The notes under the pieces were generated by a model. It was not told where the DNA came from and did no database searches. It saw only the letters and a list, made by a program, of their open reading frames with translations. Shown in pieces: positions 58,036 through 64,000 of a DNA stretch of 64,000 nt. The stretch lies in IMG/VR virus record IMGVR_UViG_3300025674_000018; one strand, 5' to 3'. The translations under genes and the position numbers were made by a program. This stretch comes from an uncultured virus (IMG/VR IMGVR_UViG_3300025674_000018) (lineage: Duplodnaviria; Heunggongvirae; Uroviricota; Caudoviricetes; Kyanoviridae). The first letter of the stretch is position 1. Each line of letters starts with the position of its first letter.

Positions 58036-60807
58036 ATGGCATCAACGCAACAATCCCCAGGCGTTGTCGTTCTAGAGAGAGACCTAACTAACGTAGTTAA
58101 TGCAACAATTGATAATGTTGCCGCTATCGTTGGTTCCTTTGAAAAAGGTCCTGTCGAGCAACTGACAACCATTACTTCCGAGAAAGAGCTTCTTGCTATT
58201 TTCGGTCGTCCTAACGATTCTAACTACGAATACTGGTTCTGCGCCGCCCAGTATCTGCTCTATGGCGGCACCCTTAGGGTCGTCCGTGCCTTGAGCAACT
58301 CCCTCAAGAATGCTATCGACACTGCACAGTTTGTCGATGCTACTCTGAGCGCCACTGATACCACCGTCACAGTTGTTTCTTCGACTGACTTTGACGTGCT
58401 GGATCTGCTTTTGGTTGACTCTGAATTGATGACCGTTGCCTCTGTTAGTGGTAACGACGTGGTGGTTTCTCGTGGTCAACTTCAAACCGCTGCAGTGTCT
58501 CACTCTCCTGGATCTTCGGTTACCCTGATCGAAGCTGCTGGATCTGCTTCTACAGTGAATGAGGGTCAAACCTTCACCGACGCCGATCTGACGCTGACTG
58601 TTGCTTCTGCTGCTACTCTTAATGCTGGCACCAACAGCTACATCAGAATTGATAACGAGATCCTTCAGGTTACCGCTGTTGCTGGTAATGACCTGACCGT
58701 GACTCGCGGTGTCCTGGGCACTACCAAGGCTGCACACACCGATGGATCTGCTGTCGATCTTCTGACTGTTACTAGCGCCAAGACAACTCTTAACGAGCAA
58801 ACCGCTACTGGTATTACTCCTCCCCTGATCAAGAATCTGGATGAGTATGAGAATAACGTTAAGGACGCTGCTAACAACTGGAAGTTTGCCGCTAAGACTC
58901 CTGGTAAGTATGGCAACTCTCTGCGTGTGGTTATGACCGACGCAGGTGCCGATCAGGTGCTGCATCTGGCTCAACCTACATCTGCTGAGTGGGAATTCTC
59001 CACTGGCGGTGAGGTTGCTTACTCTGCTGCTAACATCTACGCTAAGACCTATTCTTATACTGTTATCCTGACCCTTAAGGATGACTCCACTCTGCTGGGA
59101 TCCTGGTCCGCTGATAACTTCTTCACTGCCAATGCAGGTAACGTGACAGGTCGCGTTGTTGCTTATGATAGCAAGAATCGCAAAGTGGAAATCACCATTG
59201 ACACATCTTCTTCTGATGTGTTTGAAGTGGGTGATTCTGTGAGTGAGCTTGCTAACACCAACGATGCTCCTGGTAGCGCCACTGGCACCTCTGCTGAGAT
59301 TTCTCACATCTCTCGTGAGCTGAGAGTTTCTCTGAATCCTCTGTCTCCCAAATTCCAAGCAAACCAGACTGTTAGCGATGACAACGTTGCTACCGTTTCC
59401 CTGGTTGCCGTTGCTGATGACTATGAGTCTCGCCAATATGGTGATGGTGAGAAGTGGATCAACATCGCTCCTCGTCCTGGCACCTCTGCTTGGGCAGAAG
59501 ATCGTGGTGGCACCCGCGACCTCCTTCACATCCTCGTGATTGATGGTGACGGCGCTTTGACTGGCGTCCCTGGTGCTCTGCTTGAGAAATTCACCAACCT
59601 GTCCAAGGGTGTTGACGCTAAGTCTCCCCAAGGCGACACACTCTACTATGTGGATGTGCTGATGAATCAGTCCCAGTATATCTACTGGGGTGAGCATGAG
59701 ACTGCTTCCATCTTCGATCGCTCCCAGACCGCTAACGGTTCTTGGGGTCTGAGCGTCACCAACCGTGACTTTGACCTGATCAAGAATACTGCTTCTCTCT
59801 ATAGTGCAGACGACACTTCTGGTCTGGATCCTAAGTCCTCCAAGATGGTTGGCACCAAGAACAATGCAACCGTGAAGTATCACCTTAAAGGTGGTGTTGA
59901 TGGTTACACTGTGGACCGTCCTTCCCTGCTTGCAGGTTATGACCTCTTTAGCGATCCTGAGACCGAAGAGATCGATTATGTGCTGATGGGTCCTGGCATG
60001 AGCAACATTGGCGACACTGTTGCTAAGGCACAAAAGGTTATCGATATTGCCGCAACCCGTAAGGACTGCATGGCATTCGTTTCTCCTTTCCGTGCTGACA
60101 TCATTGGTCAGGCAAACACAACCACAATTGTTGATCGCACGATCTCCTTCTTCGATCAACTGAGCAGCTCTTCCTATGCTGTCTTCGACAACAACTACAA
60201 GTACATCTACGACAAGTATAACGACAAGTATCGTTACATCCCCTGCAACGCTGACGTTGCTGGTCTTGTCCTGAGCACTTCTATCAACCAAGAGCCCTGG
60301 TATTCCCCTGCTGGTTTCACCAGAGGTCAACTTCGCAACGCTGTGAAGCTTGCCTACTCCCCCCTGAAGGACCATAGAGATCGCCTCTATTCTGCCCGTG
60401 TTAACCCCATCGTGGCATTCCCTGGCGAAGGTATCGTCCTCTTCGGTGACAAGACTGCTCTTGCACACTCTTCTGCTTTTGACAGAATTAACGTGCGTCG
60501 CCTCTTCCTCGTGATCGAGGCTGCTATCGCTCAAGCTGCTAAGAGCCAGTTGTTTGAATTGAATGATGAGTTTACTCGTCAGGCATTCAAGAATATTGTT
60601 GATCCTTACATGCGCTCTGTCCAGTCCCGCCGTGGTGTGACTGACTTCCTGGTCGTGTGTGATGGCACCAACAACACCTCCGAGTCTATTGACCGTGGTG
60701 AATTCTATGCTGAGATCTTTGTGAAGCCCACAAGATCCATCAACTTCATCACCCTCACCTTCACTGCTACCAGAACTGGTGCCAGCTTCAATGAGGTTGT
60801 CAACTAA
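58036..60807 (+). CDS. g18: Tail sheath protein gp18, enlarged (923 aa)
   Basis: SPGVVVLERDLT, PWYSPAGFTRG, FGDKT, SAFDRINVRRLF, FELNDEFTR, KPTRSINFITLTF. Confidence 0.97.
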   Translation: MASTQQSPGVVVLERDLTNVVNATIDNVAAIVGSFEKGPVEQLTTITSEKELLAIFGRPNDSNYEYWFCAAQYLLYGGTLRVVRALSNSLKNAIDTAQFVDATLSATDTTVTVVSSTDFDVLDLLLVDSELMTVASVSGNDVVVSRGQLQTAAVSHSPGSSVTLIEAAGSASTVNEGQTFTDADLTLTVASAATLNAGTNSYIRIDNEILQVTAVAGNDLTVTRGVLGTTKAAHTDGSAVDLLTVTSAKTTLNEQTATGITPPLIKNLDEYENNVKDAANNWKFAAKTPGKYGNSLRVVMTDAGADQVLHLAQPTSAEWEFSTGGEVAYSAANIYAKTYSYTVILTLKDDSTLLGSWSADNFFTANAGNVTGRVVAYDSKNRKVEITIDTSSSDVFEVGDSVSELANTNDAPGSATGTSAEISHISRELRVSLNPLSPKFQANQTVSDDNVATVSLVAVADDYESRQYGDGEKWINIAPRPGTSAWAEDRGGTRDLLHILVIDGDGALTGVPGALLEKFTNLSKGVDAKSPQGDTLYYVDVLMNQSQYIYWGEHETASIFDRSQTANGSWGLSVTNRDFDLIKNTASLYSADDTSGLDPKSSKMVGTKNNATVKYHLKGGVDGYTVDRPSLLAGYDLFSDPETEEIDYVLMGPGMSNIGDTVAKAQKVIDIAATRKDCMAFVSPFRADIIGQANTTTIVDRTISFFDQLSSSSYAVFDNNYKYIYDKYNDKYRYIPCNADVAGLVLSTSINQEPWYSPAGFTRGQLRNAVKLAYSPLKDHRDRLYSARVNPIVAFPGEGIVLFGDKTALAHSSAFDRINVRRLFLVIEAAIAQAAKSQLFELNDEFTRQAFKNIVDPYMRSVQSRRGVTDFLVVCDGTNNTSESIDRGEFYAEIFVKPTRSINFITLTFTATRTGASFNEVVN

Positions 60808-60820
60808 TTTGTAATTCTTT

Positions 60821-60841
60821 AGGGGAGGGAAACCTCCCCTT
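60821..60841 (+). terminator. GC-rich hairpin with GAAA loop between g18 and g19
   Basis: AGGGGAGG-gaaa-CCTCCCCT followed by a very short U tract; may be a leaky terminator or an mRNA stabiliser. Confidence 0.6.
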
Positions 60842-60894
60842 GCCCACTCGTGCTACGACTTCGTAGTCAATTATCCAAATAGGAGTTACTAAAA

Positions 60895-61542
60895 ATGCCT
60901 AACAACGTTGAAGGGGGGAGTATCTATACTCCTATTTTCGATTTTAGAAATAGAATTGGAGACCTCGCCCGCCCTAACCAATTCCAAGTTGAGTTGGTTT
61001 TCCCTCAAGGACTTGACACTGCCTCTGTTGGTGGTGCCACAGGTCAGCAAAACAATAGAGAAGAAGAAGCTTCTCGCAACTCTGGTGGTAGTGAGTCCCT
61101 CGCCACTCTTCTCGTCAAAGCAGCAAACATCCCTGCTTCGACAGTGGGTGTTGTTGAAGTGCCCTACCGTGGTCGCACCCTTAAGATCGCTGGTGACCGC
61201 ACATTCGAGCCTTGGACTGTTACCGTCCTCAATGATGCCAACTTTGCAGTCCGTGCAAGACTTGAGGCATGGTCTACTAGAATCCAAGCTCTGCAACAAA
61301 ACAAGCAAGAGTATGGATCTCCCTCTGAGTATCAAACCAACGCTATCGTGCGTCAGTATGATCGTCAGGGCACCCAGACCCGTGCTTATCAATTCCAAGG
61401 TATTTGGCCAAGCAACATCAGTGCGATTGACCTCGCCTGGGACAGCAACGATACTGCCGAGGAATATACTGTTGAATTCCAGGTCCAGTACTGGACGTAT
61501 ACTGATGATGTGAACGCTGCTAACCACCAAGGCGGCGCTTGA
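60895..61542 (+). CDS. g19: Tail tube protein gp19
   Basis: LARPNQFQV, VPYRGRTLKIAGDRTFEPWTVTV.ND, WPSNISAIDLAWD. Confidence 0.96.
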   Translation: MPNNVEGGSIYTPIFDFRNRIGDLARPNQFQVELVFPQGLDTASVGGATGQQNNREEEASRNSGGSESLATLLVKAANIPASTVGVVEVPYRGRTLKIAGDRTFEPWTVTVLNDANFAVRARLEAWSTRIQALQQNKQEYGSPSEYQTNAIVRQYDRQGTQTRAYQFQGIWPSNISAIDLAWDSNDTAEEYTVEFQVQYWTYTDDVNAANHQGGA

Positions 61543-61572
61543 TCAAAGGGGAATGATCTGATATAATAAATA
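61539..61572 (+). promoter_or_regulatory. Overlapping sigma70-like (TTGATC-N17-TATAAT, with TGn extension) and late (AATAAATA, 61565-61572) promoters
   Basis: Read directly upstream of g20. Confidence 0.6.
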
Positions 61573-61596
61573 ATAAAAACAGCGATAGACAGTTAA

Positions 61597-63213
61597 ATGT
61601 CACAGTTATTTGGTTATTCCCTTGAAAGAAAGAAGGGCTCTTCACAAAAGGGTCCTTCTTTTGTGCGTAAAGACTCGGAAGACGCAGCAGAACCTATAGT
61701 TGCTGGTGGGTATTTTGGTCAATACGTTGACTTTGGGGATAAGGAAGCAGCAAAAGGCACAGAGCAAGATCTGATCGGTAGATACCGAGAGATGTCTCTG
61801 CACCCAGAATGCGATTCTGCCATTAACGATATTGTTAACGAAGCTATTGCTGGTGAGTTGGACGATCATCCTGTAGACATTGAGTTGTCTAACTTGAAAG
61901 TCCCTGAGTCTGTAAAGAAAAGAATTAGAGAAGAGTTTGAGAATGTGCTTTCTCTTCTCGATTTTGATAGAAGATGCTATGACATCTTCCGTCGTTGGTA
62001 TATCGACGGTCGTCTCTTCTATCATAAGATGATTAACCCAGATGATCCTTCTGAGGGCATCACAGAAATTCGCTATATAGATCCTAGGAAGATCAAGAAG
62101 GTTGTCGAATACGATAAACCTAACAAGGATAGACTTATCAATCCTGGTGATCCGAATACAGCAACTCTCGTCCCCAAGAGCATTGAATATTACATCTATG
62201 CTCCCCAGGGACTGAGATCAAACGATGGTAAAGGTATTAGGGTTGCACCTGATGCAATCACCTTTGTCCACTCGGGTAAGTTGGATATGAATCGCAATAT
62301 CGTTTTGTCGCACATGCACAAAGCGATTAAGGCACTTAACCAACTTCGCATGATCGAAGACTCTCTGGTCATTTATCGTCTGTCCAGAGCACCTGAGCGT
62401 CGTATTTTCTACATCGACGTGGGTAATCTGCCTAAACAAAAGGCAGAGCAATACCTTAGAGAGGTGATGAGTCGCTACCGTAACAAACTTGTTTACAACG
62501 CTGATACGGGAGAGATTCGTGACGATAAGAAATTCATGTCAATGTTGGAAGACTTTTGGCTTCCGAGACGCGAGGGAGGGCGCGGCACTGAAATTTCTAC
62601 CCTACCTGGCGGGCAAAACCTTGGAGAGTTGGAAGATGTTAAATACTTCCAAAAGAAACTCTATCGTGCTCTGAATGTCCCTGAGTCACGATTGGAATCC
62701 GATAACACATTTAACGTTGGTCGTAGTGCAGAAATCACTAGAGACGAAGTTAAATTTCAGAAGTTTATCGTCAGACTGAGAAAGCGTTTTAGTGATCTCT
62801 TCAACGATCTTCTGAAGACTCAACTTGTCCTTAGGGGTGTCATCACCCTTGAGGATTGGGATGAGATGAAGGAGCATATCCAATACGATTTCGTTGCGGA
62901 TAACTACTTCAGCGAATTAAAAGAGAAGGAGCTGCTCAATGAGCGTATGGCACTTCTCGCACAGATGGATCCTTACGCTGGCAAATACTTTTCACTGGAG
63001 TATCTGCGTCGTCAAATTCTACGTCAGACTGACAATGAGTTTAACGAGATCGATAAGCAGATGCAAAGTGAGATTGCCGAGGGTAAACTTCTAGATCCTA
63101 TGGTGATGCAGCAGATGGAGCAGGAGCAAATGGCTATGTCATTGCAACCCCCTGAGCCCGATCCTGCGGAGCAAGGCATCAGTGATGCGGATTACAAAAA
63201 AGGAAACATCTAA
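61597..63213 (+). CDS. g20: Portal protein gp20
   Basis: NQLRMIEDSLVIYRLSRAPERRIFYIDVGNLPK and EDFWLPRREGGRGTEI. Confidence 0.98.
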   Translation: MSQLFGYSLERKKGSSQKGPSFVRKDSEDAAEPIVAGGYFGQYVDFGDKEAAKGTEQDLIGRYREMSLHPECDSAINDIVNEAIAGELDDHPVDIELSNLKVPESVKKRIREEFENVLSLLDFDRRCYDIFRRWYIDGRLFYHKMINPDDPSEGITEIRYIDPRKIKKVVEYDKPNKDRLINPGDPNTATLVPKSIEYYIYAPQGLRSNDGKGIRVAPDAITFVHSGKLDMNRNIVLSHMHKAIKALNQLRMIEDSLVIYRLSRAPERRIFYIDVGNLPKQKAEQYLREVMSRYRNKLVYNADTGEIRDDKKFMSMLEDFWLPRREGGRGTEISTLPGGQNLGELEDVKYFQKKLYRALNVPESRLESDNTFNVGRSAEITRDEVKFQKFIVRLRKRFSDLFNDLLKTQLVLRGVITLEDWDEMKEHIQYDFVADNYFSELKEKELLNERMALLAQMDPYAGKYFSLEYLRRQILRQTDNEFNEIDKQMQSEIAEGKLLDPMVMQQMEQEQMAMSLQPPEPDPAEQGISDADYKKGNI

Positions 63214-63238
63214 ATAGTAGTATTAGTATCTTATTGTT

Positions 63239-63481
63239 ATGCCTACCCAAGCAGCTCTTGATATTGTGAATGCACTTTTCGCTGGTCAAAAAGACCTTAG
63301 CGATTATGTGGCACAAGGTATGTCGGATGCAGCAATGTCTGCAATTGACGCCAAAAAAGTGGAGGTTGGAAAATCTTTCATGGCATCCCAAGAAGAGGAT
63401 GATGAGGAAGAAGAAGAAACTCCAGAAGTCGAAACAGAGCAACCAGAATCCGAAGAGGAAACAGACGATGAAACTGATTAG
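63239..63481 (+). CDS. Small acidic protein, probable prohead core component (gp67/68 position)
   Basis: Lies between g20 and g21; TCTAAATA at 63209-63216; E-rich tail. Confidence 0.65.
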   Translation: MPTQAALDIVNALFAGQKDLSDYVAQGMSDAAMSAIDAKKVEVGKSFMASQEEDDEEEEETPEVETEQPESEEETDDETD

Positions 63482-64000
63482 AGAAGAAATCGAAACAGCG
63501 AAAGTTGTAATCACCGAAGGTAAGAATGGCAAGAAGAGCCATTTTATCGAGGGTGTCTTCCTGCAGGGTGCGATCAAGAATCGCAACGGTCGTATGTATC
63601 CTATCGAAACTCTGGATAGGGAAGTAGCAAAATACAACGAGAGCTATATAACTAAAGGACGTGCGTTGGGTGAATTGGGTCATCCTGATGGTCCTACCAT
63701 TAACCTTGACCGCGTGTCTCACCTTATTACATCCCTCAGAAAAGAGGGTAACAATTATGTAGGTAAAGCAAGACTTCTCGATACCCCTATGGGCAATATC
63801 GCTAAGTCGCTTCTTGACGAAGGTGTCAAACTCGGAGTTTCCTCCCGTGGTTTGGGATCTATTAGAGAAGAGCAAGGTTGCAAGATTGTCTGTGATGACT
63901 TTATGCTTGCCACCGCCGCAGATATCGTTGCTGATCCTTCTGCTCCCGATGCTTTCGTTAACGGGATCATGGAAGGAAAAGAGTGGGTCTATGCCAATGG
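63468..64000 (+). CDS. g21: Prohead protease gp21, 3'-truncated
   Basis: Translated by hand: MKLIREEIE...IEGVFLQGAIKNRNGRMYP...RALGELGHP...VSH...GVSSRGLGS...DIVADPSAPDAFVNGIMEG. Confidence 0.95.
   Translation, partial: MKLIREEIETAKVVITEGKNGKKSHFIEGVFLQGAIKNRNGRMYPIETLDREVAKYNESYITKGRALGELGHPDGPTINLDRVSHLITSLRKEGNNYVGKARLLDTPMGNIAKSLLDEGVKLGVSSRGLGSIREEQGCKIVCDDFMLATAADIVADPSAPDAFVNGIMEGKEWVYAN

Noticed and set aside
58084..60534. 816-aa antisense ORF opposite g18
   Set aside because: It is in codon register with a strongly biased gene, has an S/V/G/R-rich non-protein-like composition and no motifs; most likely a shadow ORF.
56077..63213. Introns or inteins in g17/g20; tRNA genes
   Set aside because: Both genes have ordinary lengths and continuous motifs; intergenic gaps are short and no cloverleaf was seen.

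Overview
A 64-kb slice of a T4-like marine cyanophage (cyanomyovirus) genome, covering the virion structural module, all coded on the + strand. Order: a partial structural protein, a PAAR-like spike tip, g25, g6, a 6,792-aa g7-like baseplate protein, a YHYH/Ig protein, a g9/g10-like protein with a C-terminal cupredoxin domain, g8, a VrlC-like protein, a long fibre, g13-g16, an accessory island between g16 and g17, then g17-g20 and the start of g21. T4-type late promoters (N-A/C/G-TAAATA) precede most structural units. Main highlights: (1) the C-terminal extension of the g7-like protein holds about 8 partly nested repeats resembling phycobiliprotein globin domains, six of which keep the bilin-binding C-x-x-D motif; (2) neighbouring genes add a type-1 copper motif, YHYH domains and His clusters, suggesting a cofactor-decorated baseplate; (3) a 43-aa ndhP-like gene and other microproteins are missed by the ORF track; (4) a basic 700-aa protein looks like a protease-cleaved internal-protein polyprotein; (5) a near-consensus sigma70 promoter points antisense into the baseplate operon; (6) GTAC and GAAC/GTTC appear strongly depleted. 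All family assignments come from recalled motifs, not database searches.
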